64,000 nt of DNA from Sorangium sp. (GCA_019695485.1 JAEUAF010000335.1:2343-66342); one strand, 5' to 3'. Shown: positions 10,007 through 18,736, counted from the first letter of the stretch. Notes: generated by a model from the sequence alone, not told the origin. A program made the numbers and translations.

Positions 10007-10812
10007 TTCGTGAGGCTCTGCAGGTTGAGCATTTCTGCGACGTCGGGTTGGACGACCAACTCGACACGACGGTTCTTTTGGCGGCCGTCATCGGTGTCGT
10101 TCGTCGAAACCGGATCTGTATCCGCGTAGCCTGCCGCGCTCCAATTGGTCGGCGATAGACCGCCACCACCTTTTTCGCTCGGCGTGGTGAGCAACGTCAG
10201 CACGGAGCGAGCGCGCATCGCGCTGAGTCCCCAATTGTCCTTGAAAGGGCCACCCGCGAGCGGCTTCGCATCCGTATGACCGGCGACCTGGAAACGGCGC
10301 TTGTTGAGGTCGGCGTCGGTGCGGACCACTTCCGCGATCTGGAGCAGGATCTTCTCGCCGTCCGGCTTCAGCTTGTCTTTCCCCGAGTCGAACAGCACGT
10401 CACCCGGCAGCTGAATCAGCATGCGGTTGTTGCGTACTTCGACCTTGAGTCCGAGCTGTGTGAGCTTCTGTAGCTTGCTCGAGAGCACCTCGAAGCGCTT
10501 CTTGATCTGATCCAGCTGTTCGGTGCGGTGCGCGTATTCCTCGAGCGCCTTGCGTTGCTCCGCGAGACTCTGATTCAAACTATCCAAGCTGATGCCACGC
10601 TCTGTGAGCTGCTTCTTCAGCGTGTCGATTTCCTGGTTTGCCGAGGCGTAGTCGGCCTGTGTTTTCTTGTGAGCCTGGCGCTCGTTGGCGAGCTCGGTGC
10701 GCAGCGACTCGTTTTCGCGGACCTTCTGGTCCCACTCTTCCTGCGAGTAGCCACACGCGGCGGAAAACAGGGGAAGGATCAGGGCGAAATGGGCGAAGCG
10801 ACGGATGAGCAT
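10003..10812 (-). CDS. OmpA/MotB-family lipoprotein with coiled coil
   Basis: Lipobox SAA-C, coiled coil, VLFDSG, GHTD, NWGLSAMRA, GRQKNRRVEL; GTGA overlap with ppx. Confidence 0.85.
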   Translation of the reverse strand: MLIRRFAHFALILPLFSAACGYSQEEWDQKVRENESLRTELANERQAHKKTQADYASANQEIDTLKKQLTERGISLDSLNQSLAEQRKALEEYAHRTEQLDQIKKRFEVLSSKLQKLTQLGLKVEVRNNRMLIQLPGDVLFDSGKDKLKPDGEKILLQIAEVVRTDADLNKRRFQVAGHTDAKPLAGGPFKDNWGLSAMRARSVLTLLTTPSEKGGGGLSPTNWSAAGYADTDPVSTNDTDDGRQKNRRVELVVQPDVAEMLNLQSLTK

Positions 10813-11066
10813 TGGGTCTTTCGCGCTGGCCTGGGCGGGCGAGATGCAGCGCACTCCTCATTTGCGGCTATCGCGCCTCGACTTCATGCGTCAAGTGCCC
10901 GATGGGGCAGCGAATTTGGCGGCCCCTCGACCTCTCAGCCGACCAATCCGCGGCTGCGCAAGCCTCGGCGCTCGGAAACCACTAAACGGGTGCTCTCTCC
11001 GCAACCACTGCGGCCTGATCGGGCATGAAGAAACCTTGGCCAGCGGGCCCCCATGAACTTTTTTCG

Positions 11067-11096
11067 TTGACACATCACAATAGGTGGCAATATACG
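11067..11096 (+). promoter_or_regulatory. Putative sigma70 promoter for the small basic protein gene
   Basis: TTGACA at 11067-11072 preceded by a T-tract; AT-rich CAATATAC at -10 distance; AT-rich island in GC-rich DNA. Confidence 0.55.
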
Positions 11097-11172
11097 TCTT
11101 GCAACATACCCTCGGCGTTGGGTTTGGGTTTCCGCCCAGACCGGATTCCGAATCGTAGGGAGGCTCGAGAAA

Positions 11173-11322
11173 ATGGCTGCAAAGAAGACCAAGACCAAGT
11201 CCGCACGTAAGCCCGCTGCCAAGAAGGCACCGAAAGTTGCCAAGAAGCGCGCCGCGACCAAGAAGCGCGCTCCGAAGAAAGCCGGCAAGCGTCGTAAGAA
11301 GGCTGCCAAGAAGGCGGCGTGA
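11173..11322 (+). CDS. 49-aa Lys/Ala-rich histone H1-like DNA-binding protein (below ORF-track cutoff)
   Basis: MAAKKTKTKSARKPAAKKAPKVAKKRAATKKRAPKKAGKRRKKAAKKAA; GGGAGG RBS 9 nt upstream. Confidence 0.85.
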   Translation: MAAKKTKTKSARKPAAKKAPKVAKKRAATKKRAPKKAGKRRKKAAKKAA

Positions 11323-11466
11323 GTCGGTTTCGGGCCGGCGTGGCGCGGGACGATTTGCTCGACCCAACGCACACCGGCTCACCAGAGTGCTCTCCCCGCG
11401 CGCCGCTCAGCGCGCTCCAATCCGGGTGAGCCACCGAGACGGCGGGCAATGCTCGCCGTTCCGGGT

Positions 11467-11508
11467 CCGAGCACGCGGATGGGAACTGCTTCCCGTCCGC
11501 GTGCTCGG
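11467..11508 (+). repeat. 19-bp inverted repeat/hairpin between convergent genes
   Basis: CCGAGCACGCGGATGGGAA-CTGC-TTCCCGTCCGCGTGCTCGG (one G-U pair). Confidence 0.85.
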
Positions 11509-11601
11509 TATGAGACCGCGGTCCCGCAGCTCGAGGACGATCCTCGATGAGCGGGCCCGGTAGAGTCGGGAGCGTCAGCCCCGCTGCTGGGCGCGGGCGA
11601 A

Positions 11602-13206
11602 CTACTCGCCGAGATAGAGTCGCAGCGCGGCTGCGGCGGCGCGGCGGTCGAAAGCATGGCCGCCTAGTTCGTCGCGGCGTGAGATGTCCTCGAAGAGCTG
11701 CGTCAAGAACGTGTGGAACACCACGCACTCGTCGATGGCGGCCTCCAGTCGTCGCGGATCGACGAGGTCTGTGTCCTCCAGGCCCGACATCGCGGCCATG
11801 AAGGCGTCGAAGCGAGGGTAATCTGCTGCGCGGAGCAGCGGGTAGCCCATGGCCCGAAAGTACGCGAGAAATTCGCGGACGTACTGAAAGTTGAACACCG
11901 GTGCCCAGCGGTCCTCGTTGGGCGAGTGCTGTGCCTTGGTCGAGAACGCTCGCACGATCTGCGCGAACATCCAGACATCGCGACGCAAACGTTCGCTGGT
12001 TTCGCGCCGTGCTGCGTGATGGTCGAATACGCCGCCTTCCTCGAGGCTAACGCCCAGGGCCTTGCCCAAGAACAAGATGGCGTTCTGGAGCGCGGGGCGC
12101 AGGTTATCGATTGCCGTCGAGAGTGAGCGCTGGAAATCGGCCGGTGACAGCGTCGCGCTGGGCTCTGGCACGTCGTGCTGCAGCGTCCGCCGCATTTCCA
12201 AGCGGAGGTTACCGGCGATGCCCTCGAGCGCACTCTTGATGCCAATGAGGCGGTGACCTGCGGCGCGTAGGGCGGGTGCACGCAGTCGAATCTCCGACGA
12301 CGGAATTGCTAGCAGGTCGCGTTCGAAGCTTTCACCCAGCAACGTGCCCGCGCGCTGGCGCAAGTAGTCGCTGAGTGCTCGCGCGTCCGAACGCAGCACG
12401 CTCAATACCAAGTAGGCGCTGCCGACCGACTGGCGTCGGTGTACCGCGTCCGTCGCGATACGGCTCAAGAGCTGCAGGTACCGCAGCATGCGAAACAACG
12501 AGAGGAAGGTCAGCGCGACCAAGCGGTGCGCTTCGACGCCCGGAACGCTGTGGATTAGCTCCAAGACCTGCGCGCTCTTGATGCGGTCGAATTCCGGGCG
12601 AAACTCGAGGGCGTTCAGCGGGTTGAAGAACGTGTTGCGATCGACCTCCCGGTACGCCGTGGCCAGTAAGGCGTGGAACAGCCGAAACGGGATGCGCGGT
12701 GAGCGTAGGGCGCCTTCGGTGACCTCGAGCGACGCGGTGAGTCCATGGCGTAAGGTCACCAGGCTCTCCTGGGGCGTGGCCTGACTGGTTCCCTCCGTGA
12801 GCAAGCGCGTGCGCGCCTGGTCTTCCGGCAATACCGTTTCGAGGTAGCGATGGAACACGAACGCGCGATCGCGAGCGCCGAGCAGCGCGCGAGCCAGCGA
12901 GACGGCCCTCGTGAGCCCTTCGCGATAGACTAGTAGCGGCGCGCGGAAGTCCTGCGCTACGACGGGCGTACGCCGAGGCGGACCGGGGTGATTGCGAGGA
13001 TTCGAGAAGCACGCTGTGGCCTTGAGCAGCACCTCGAATTCGAACAGCAGGTCGTCCTTGTTCTCGATGGGCAACCCGGCGAGCCAGACCTCTCGCTCAG
13101 AACGCTGTTCGCGTTGCAGACGCCGCGTACCAGCCAGCAAGTCCGCATAGGCGTCGGTTTGCTGGCCGGGACCGAGGCTATTTCGTGAGTGGGCGGCGTT
13201 GGCCAT
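11602..13206 (-). CDS. Hypothetical all-alpha cytoplasmic protein (534 aa)
   Basis: Long ORF with normal protein composition and no recognisable motif; start trimmed to ATG 13206. Confidence 0.8.
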   Translation of the reverse strand: MANAAHSRNSLGPGQQTDAYADLLAGTRRLQREQRSEREVWLAGLPIENKDDLLFEFEVLLKATACFSNPRNHPGPPRRTPVVAQDFRAPLLVYREGLTRAVSLARALLGARDRAFVFHRYLETVLPEDQARTRLLTEGTSQATPQESLVTLRHGLTASLEVTEGALRSPRIPFRLFHALLATAYREVDRNTFFNPLNALEFRPEFDRIKSAQVLELIHSVPGVEAHRLVALTFLSLFRMLRYLQLLSRIATDAVHRRQSVGSAYLVLSVLRSDARALSDYLRQRAGTLLGESFERDLLAIPSSEIRLRAPALRAAGHRLIGIKSALEGIAGNLRLEMRRTLQHDVPEPSATLSPADFQRSLSTAIDNLRPALQNAILFLGKALGVSLEEGGVFDHHAARRETSERLRRDVWMFAQIVRAFSTKAQHSPNEDRWAPVFNFQYVREFLAYFRAMGYPLLRAADYPRFDAFMAAMSGLEDTDLVDPRRLEAAIDECVVFHTFLTQLFEDISRRDELGGHAFDRRAAAAALRLYLGE

Positions 13207-13280
13207 GGGCGTTCGTGCAGGCGGCGAAAGTAACGAAGCGCGCACGGGGTGCACCCGTGGGGCGGCCGAAACTCGCGGGC

Positions 13281-13841
13281 TCAGCGCTTGAAGTCGAACG
13301 GGTAGTTGACTGTGGTCTCCATGCCGCGCGAAGAGGCTGGGAATTTCAGCTTCTTCGCTGCCGCGAGCGCGCAGTCAGAAACGTTTGGCGTCTTGAGCGT
13401 CGAACGCGATTCGTTGACCTCGGCGAGCTTGACGTTACCGAGCGGGTCCAACACGAGATGAATCGTGAGCGTCCCGGCGGGAAGATCCGCCTGCTTAGCG
13501 AGCGCTTGATCGTAGCAGGCCCGGAATTGCTGACGATTGTCCTTGATGACCTTCGCGATGACGTCGCTCGAGCGAAGCTCGGGCCCGTTCGCGTCCTTGG
13601 CCGCGGCGTCTCCCGTGGCGGGGCTTGCCGGCTTCTTGCCTGTCGCTTCGGCCTCTCCCTCCCAAGCCTCGTCGGTTGCGGGACTCGGTGTCGGCGGTGC
13701 GGCTGCGGAGGCCGGCGCGGGCGTGGCCGCCGCATTCGGGGGAGCCGCGGCCGGGGGTGGGGGATTCTCGCCGAAAGCAGCGGAAAGCAGGGCAAGGCAG
13801 AGGGCGATGCCACCGGATGAACGGAGCAGAGCACACATCAT
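13281..13841 (-). CDS. Exported protein with AgmX/PglI (TonB-C-like) C-terminal domain
   Basis: Signal peptide, Pro/Ala linker, QFRACYDQAL...GTLTIHL...VSDCAL...LKFP...VNYPFDF. Confidence 0.8.
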   Translation of the reverse strand: MMCALLRSSGGIALCLALLSAAFGENPPPPAAAPPNAAATPAPASAAAPPTPSPATDEAWEGEAEATGKKPASPATGDAAAKDANGPELRSSDVIAKVIKDNRQQFRACYDQALAKQADLPAGTLTIHLVLDPLGNVKLAEVNESRSTLKTPNVSDCALAAAKKLKFPASSRGMETTVNYPFDFKR

Positions 13842-13994
13842 GCGGGCATCTTACCCTCGCATCGATCTGGCCGGCGCGAATTTTCGGACTCGCTTCTTTC
13901 GGCCAATTTGAAGGCACGATTGCCGGAGCAGCTCCCTCCCGGGCGGGGCGAGACTTGCCTGTCTTGAAGTGTGGTGAGTCGAAGACTCACCACA

Positions 13995-14612
13995 CTAGGC
14001 GGTTTGAAGGAACGGCTGCCACTCCGCGAAGGGCTCGCGCATCACCATGCGAATCTGAGTCGCCGTCGACCAACGCGGTCGGTGCGGCACGGACAAAAGG
14101 CACATGCCCGCCTCGACGGGAGTGCGTCGGCCTTTGCGCAGATTGCAAGTGCGGCAGGAGATGACGAGGTTTTCCCAAGAGTCGGCCCCGCCGCGCGAGC
14201 GCGGTACGACGTGGTCCACATTGAGTTCGCGAGTGGTGGGGCGCCGACCGCAGTACTGGCACTGAAACTGGTCACGCATCATCAGATTGCGTCGCGTTAG
14301 CCGCACCGCGACTTTGGGTGCACGGTCGTAGCGCAAGAGGTGCAGCACACGCGGCACACGAATATGCCCACCAATCACAGGTAGGCCGTCGTCGCGCGTG
14401 CGGACCGGCACTTGCTGCCACGAAGAGAAATCATAGGTTTCGCCAGTATCATCGACAGCTCGGGCCGCCCCACCGTAGAGGAGCACGAACGCGCGCCGTA
14501 CCGTCGCAACGCTGACCGGCGAGAAATTTCGATTTAGGAGCAACACCGGAAGCGTCAGCACTTCCCGCTTCTCAGGGAGCTCACTGTTCGCGTCCGAGTC
14601 CAAGGACTCCAC
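13995..14612 (-). CDS. HNH endonuclease (McrA-like, stand-alone)
   Basis: VLLLN N-terminal motif; RDQFQCQYCG, VDHVVPRSRGG, WENLVISCRTCNLRKG. Confidence 0.9.
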   Translation of the reverse strand: MESLDSDANSELPEKREVLTLPVLLLNRNFSPVSVATVRRAFVLLYGGAARAVDDTGETYDFSSWQQVPVRTRDDGLPVIGGHIRVPRVLHLLRYDRAPKVAVRLTRRNLMMRDQFQCQYCGRRPTTRELNVDHVVPRSRGGADSWENLVISCRTCNLRKGRRTPVEAGMCLLSVPHRPRWSTATQIRMVMREPFAEWQPFLQTA

Positions 14613-14817
14613 GGTTTTTCAGCATACTTCAGAAAGGGGGAGCAGGCGAAGCGCCTCGAGTACGGCGCGAGGGATTCCAATGGCACGGTGTTTTGTGCGG
14701 AAGGGCGCAGCCCGAAGCGCGTTCGATTCCCCGTGCGCAGCGACGCCGCTCGACCCCCGCTCCTCGATAAGCTAATCCCCCACCGCCCACGGGCCCTAGC
14801 CCCGCGGTCTCGCCCAA

Positions 14818-16296
14818 ATGCCCCCTTTGTATTGGCAGAAAGCCCGTGTGTTCGTTGGCGGCAGTGCCGCGCTCCTCTCTTTGGCCCTGAGCGCGTGCGC
14901 TCCGAGCGCCGGCGTGGGTGAGGCCGCCTGGCCACCGCTCGGTAAGAAGTGGTTTGAGCGCGCGGATGCCAGCTTTCATCGCGGCGATATCGACGATGCG
15001 CGGGAAGCCATCGACAATGCGCTCAAGGTCGTGCCCGATCGTGCGGAGGCGCGTCTGCTGTCTGCAAAGGTGGCGCTGGCGAGCCTCGAGTACGACCGTG
15101 TGTTCGCGACGCTGCGTGGCACGGACACGACGGAAGCGCGAAGCTTGCGCGGCCGGGCCTATTGGTACGCAGGTGACGTGGATCACGCGGCAGACGAGCT
15201 CGAGAAGCTGCTCTCTGACCCCGAGGTGCGCGACCCGTGGGCCCTCGAGATCGCGAAGCTTGCCCGCGTCGGCAGCGGTCGAAAGCCTTTTGAGCTCAGC
15301 GGAGCGATGTTGGCCTCGGTGGAGATGCCGCGTGCCGGGACAACGGCGCTGATAGTGCCGCTCGAGCTGAACGGCGAGCCCGCGCTCGGTTTGGTCGCGA
15401 CGGGCACCGCCGAAGCGGTGATCGATTCCAGCGCCGGGGCCAAGCCGAGCTGGGTCTCGCTGCGCTTTGGCGAGCGCGTCGAGGTGCGGGACGTACCCGT
15501 GCTCGCCAAGGATCTTTCGCAGATTTCCCGGCAGGTGAACGCGCCGATCAAGATCCTGCTGGGTGTCAATTTGCTGCGGCACCTGCACCCGACCTTCGAC
15601 TTTTCCGGTGGGCAGTTCGTGGTGCGGGGTTTCGATCCGCCGCCGCCGCCGGTGGCGACCACTTTGAAGCTCAGCTACGTGCGTGGCGGTGGGATGCTGC
15701 TGCGTGGCGCGTTCGGTGCGGAGCAAACGGCGCCTGCGTGTTCCTTGCTGATCGACACCTCGCTAAACTATCCGGTGGCGCTCGACGCCGCGGGCTGGAA
15801 GAAGGCGGGCGTCGCGGCCAACATGCTCCAGGTTGTGGCTGGTGCCTCGGATCTGCGCGAGGGCGTGTTGCCTATGTTGCGGCTTGGCGCCTACGAGATC
15901 CCGCGGGTGCCTGGGCTCGAGGGCGAGAACCTCGTGAAGGAGCGCGAAGAGGGGCTCGGAATGGACCTCGACGGGCTGATCGGCTCAGGGTTACTCGCGA
16001 CCTTCCGTGTCACGCTCGTCGACGGCGGGCGGACGATGTGGCTCGAGGATATCCCGGCCGAAGCACTCAACGCGCCGTCCCTGTTCCCGCCGGGCAGTGA
16101 AGTCCCCGATTCTCCGGGCGATGGCGCGGAAGGTGCCCCCGCCGAGGAGGAGCCTGCAACTCCGACGAAGGGCGGAAAAGCCGCGCCCAAGGCGCCGGGC
16201 AAGCCCGCTGCCGGCGCGGCAAAACCCGCTGTTAGTGCCCCCGCCGCTCCTAAGAGCGCTACGCCCAATGCGCCCCCGAAGGGAGCCAAGCCTTGA
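14818..16296 (+). CDS. Lipoprotein with TPR region and two retropepsin-like domains
   Basis: Lipobox LSA-C; TPR-like helices; LVATGT...ILLGVNLL and LIDTSL...GLIGSGLL; Pro/Ala/Lys tail. Confidence 0.7.
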   Translation: MPPLYWQKARVFVGGSAALLSLALSACAPSAGVGEAAWPPLGKKWFERADASFHRGDIDDAREAIDNALKVVPDRAEARLLSAKVALASLEYDRVFATLRGTDTTEARSLRGRAYWYAGDVDHAADELEKLLSDPEVRDPWALEIAKLARVGSGRKPFELSGAMLASVEMPRAGTTALIVPLELNGEPALGLVATGTAEAVIDSSAGAKPSWVSLRFGERVEVRDVPVLAKDLSQISRQVNAPIKILLGVNLLRHLHPTFDFSGGQFVVRGFDPPPPPVATTLKLSYVRGGGMLLRGAFGAEQTAPACSLLIDTSLNYPVALDAAGWKKAGVAANMLQVVAGASDLREGVLPMLRLGAYEIPRVPGLEGENLVKEREEGLGMDLDGLIGSGLLATFRVTLVDGGRTMWLEDIPAEALNAPSLFPPGSEVPDSPGDGAEGAPAEEEPATPTKGGKAAPKAPGKPAAGAAKPAVSAPAAPKSATPNAPPKGAKP

Positions 16297-16799
16297 GTGC
16301 AGAGGTCGAGCTGGCGCTGTACGCGGGGAGCTTCGACCCCCCGACTTACGGACATTTGGATTTGGTCGAGCGGGCGTCGAAGCTCTTTCCGCGCGTGCTC
16401 GTAGCGGTGGGTCATAACACGCAGCGTTCGCCGCTTTTCACGCTCGAAGAACGACTCGAGCTGCTGCGCGGCGTGTGTCGACCGTTTTCGAACGTCTCGG
16501 TAGACTCGTTTCAGGGATTGCTGGTCGACTACGGCAAGCGCGTCGGCGCGCGCGTCATCGTGCGCGGACTGCGGGCAGGGACGGACTTCGAGTACGAGCT
16601 CCAAATTGCGCACGCCAACGCCGATTTGCGTCCCGAGATCGATACCGTGTTTCTGCCGACGCGCACCAACTACGGCTTCATTTCTGCGTCACTCGTGCGT
16701 GAGATTTCGAGCCACGGTGGCGACGTGAGCCGTTACGCACCGCCCTCGGTTTGCGTGGCGCTGGAGCACAAGTTCGGCAAAGCCAAGCCGCCAGTGTAG
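16293..16799 (+). CDS. coaD: Phosphopantetheine adenylyltransferase
   Basis: YAGSFDPPTYGHLDL, IVRGLRAGTDFEYE, FISASLVREI. Confidence 0.96.
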   Translation: MSAEVELALYAGSFDPPTYGHLDLVERASKLFPRVLVAVGHNTQRSPLFTLEERLELLRGVCRPFSNVSVDSFQGLLVDYGKRVGARVIVRGLRAGTDFEYELQIAHANADLRPEIDTVFLPTRTNYGFISASLVREISSHGGDVSRYAPPSVCVALEHKFGKAKPPV

Positions 16800-16818
16800 C
16801 GTCGGGCAGAGAATCCGC

Positions 16819-17808
16819 TCAGTACGACGCGAGGGGCGTCGGCATGAATAGGAGTAGGAAGAGGGCGAGCGAGAACCAGGCTACGGCTCGGCGTAGAGGC
16901 GTAAGCTCGCCCGCTTCGAACGGCGGATGATCGGGGCCCCCCGCTGCGCGGCTGATCACGCCGAGCACGATGAACCACATCAGCCAGAAGCTCGAGTTCA
17001 TCACCGCCAGGCTGAGGGCGAGCTCGGACTTGCCGCGCAGCACGGGCACCACGAAACGCCACAAATTCCCGGCGAAGAACAGCAGCAAAGCGCGCCGAAA
17101 CCAGCGAGCGAAGTGATTCTGGCGTTCACCGAACAACGCGAAGGCGATGTGCCCGCCATCGAGTTGCCCGAACGGCACCAGGTTGATCATCGTGACCAGC
17201 AACCCGAACCAGCCCGCGAAGGCGGTCGGGTGCAGCATCACATCGGAGCCGCCTGGAATCGGCCCCCCCAGCACCAGCCGCTTCAAGGCGAGGTAGAGCA
17301 GGCTTTGCCCTTCTTGGGTGTAACCGAGGCCGCTACTTGGCTGAATCGGCGAATGAGCGAGGCCCCACGCGAGGACTGGTAGTGCCACCGCGAGCCCCGC
17401 CAATGGTCCTGAAGCACCGATGTCGAGCAGCGCGTTTCGTGAGCGAATCGGACCGCTCATACCAATCACGGCGCCCAACGTTCCCGAATACCCGAGCCCA
17501 GGCAGTGGAATGAAATAGGGCAACGAAGCTGGGACGCGGTGATAGCGTGCCGCGAAGTAGTGCCCGAATTCGTGCGTCAGCAAGATGCCGAGCAGAGGCA
17601 GAGCGAAGGGCGCCCCGCTCGCGAGAAAGCTCGGGCTCGTGAAGCCCTGGAACAGCGAGCCATTGGGATCGCCATTCTTGTACATCGCGCCAGCATGAAA
17701 GACGCTGATCACCGTGGCGACGAAGAGCAACAGCGGCCTCGCGCGGCTGCCCGGCCCCGCGGCAGCGTCGTCGTAAACGTCCTCGGACGACGGGGGATCA
17801 GTCGTCAT
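16819..17808 (-). CDS. Site-2 protease family (M50) intramembrane zinc metalloprotease
   Basis: THEFGH, GASGPLAG, NLVPFGQLDGGHI, multiple TM segments. Confidence 0.92.
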   Translation of the reverse strand: MTTDPPSSEDVYDDAAAGPGSRARPLLLFVATVISVFHAGAMYKNGDPNGSLFQGFTSPSFLASGAPFALPLLGILLTHEFGHYFAARYHRVPASLPYFIPLPGLGYSGTLGAVIGMSGPIRSRNALLDIGASGPLAGLAVALPVLAWGLAHSPIQPSSGLGYTQEGQSLLYLALKRLVLGGPIPGGSDVMLHPTAFAGWFGLLVTMINLVPFGQLDGGHIAFALFGERQNHFARWFRRALLLFFAGNLWRFVVPVLRGKSELALSLAVMNSSFWLMWFIVLGVISRAAGGPDHPPFEAGELTPLRRAVAWFSLALFLLLFMPTPLASY

Positions 17809-18457
17809 GGTGCAGCGCTTGGCGCAGACGCGCAGCCAATCGATCGAGCTGAGGCGCGAGATCTGCGTCCAAAATACCGATCTCGCTTTCGAAGCGAAGA
17901 CTCCCGCGCGCGCGCTCGCCGTCGGCCAGGATTTCCACGACGTGCTGTAGCCGCCCGCCGCCGAGGGCGCGCTCGAGCGCGGGCGCGTCGCTCGGGTGCG
18001 CTAGAATGCGAATGCGTCGCGCCCCGCTCGCCTCCACGAGCGCGCGGCGGGCAATGGCTTCGATGCGGGTTGGATCGAGCACCAGGGCTTCGCCGAGCAG
18101 GCGCTCGGCGAGTAGGCGCGCGAGTTCGACGCTGCGATCGAGCGCGCGGACGTCCGCGCTTTCGTCGCGCGCCTGCAGCGCGAGCAGGTCGGCGGCGAGC
18201 CGCGCCGCCCCTTCGGCTTGTGCCGCCTGCACAGCGTGTTCGCGGAGCGCCTGTGCCTCGGCACGGGCACGCTCGACTATTGCCGCGGCTTGCTGCTCGG
18301 CACGCGCCACCAGATCGCGCGCGCGGGCCGCGCTTTCCACCACGGCTCTCGGCTCGATGCGCGCAAAGCGCGGGCCCTCGGGCCGCGCTTCCGTACCCGA
18401 CCAGGTGCCGGCGTCGTTGGCGCTTGCTGGAAGGATTCGCGCGAACGTGAGGGGCAT
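17798..18457 (-). CDS. FliH/SctL-like (ATPase peripheral-stalk-type) protein
   Basis: AxxxA-rich helix, RIRILAHPSD, GSLRFESEIGILDADLAPQLDRL typical of the FliH C-terminus. Confidence 0.72.
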   Translation of the reverse strand: MPLTFARILPASANDAGTWSGTEARPEGPRFARIEPRAVVESAARARDLVARAEQQAAAIVERARAEAQALREHAVQAAQAEGAARLAADLLALQARDESADVRALDRSVELARLLAERLLGEALVLDPTRIEAIARRALVEASGARRIRILAHPSDAPALERALGGGRLQHVVEILADGERARGSLRFESEIGILDADLAPQLDRLAARLRQALHHDD

Positions 18458-18693
18458 CAGAAGACTTTCCGGGCCTCGAGGCAGGCGACGATGCGTTCGA
18501 GTTCTTTGGCTAGGGCCTGCGCGCGAAGCGAGCGATCGTCAAGGCCGAGGCGCTGCACGAGGTCCTTGGCCGGTTGGACTGGCCGCGGAAGGGGCTCGAG
18601 GAGCTGCTCGCCGCGGCGCCCCAGAAAGTACTCGATCGCGACGAATGCGCGCTGGAAGGCGGCACCTTCGTGCGAAGCGTTGGCTGCGCTCAT
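18457..18693 (-). CDS. Small hypothetical protein (78 aa)
   Basis: TGATG coupling to the FliH-like gene; helical protein-like sequence. Confidence 0.7.
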   Translation of the reverse strand: MSAANASHEGAAFQRAFVAIEYFLGRRGEQLLEPLPRPVQPAKDLVQRLGLDDRSLRAQALAKELERIVACLEARKVF

Positions 18694-18736
18694 GCTGGGC
18701 GATCTTTGGCGCCGGAGGGACCCGCTGTAAAGCGCC

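Noticed and set aside
11480-11500. GGAAGCAG on the minus strand resembling the SRP RNA helix 8 motif
   Set aside because: The upstream CAGG and GNRA tetraloop are missing; the sequence is the loop region of a simple hairpin.
14681-14697. TGGCACG sigma54-like -24 element
   Set aside because: There is no GC at the obligatory -12 position.
10003-18457. MotB-like plus FliH-like genes as a flagellar locus
   Set aside because: They are not adjacent and no other flagellar genes are present. The MotB-like protein has a lipobox rather than the Asp-bearing TM of a stator.
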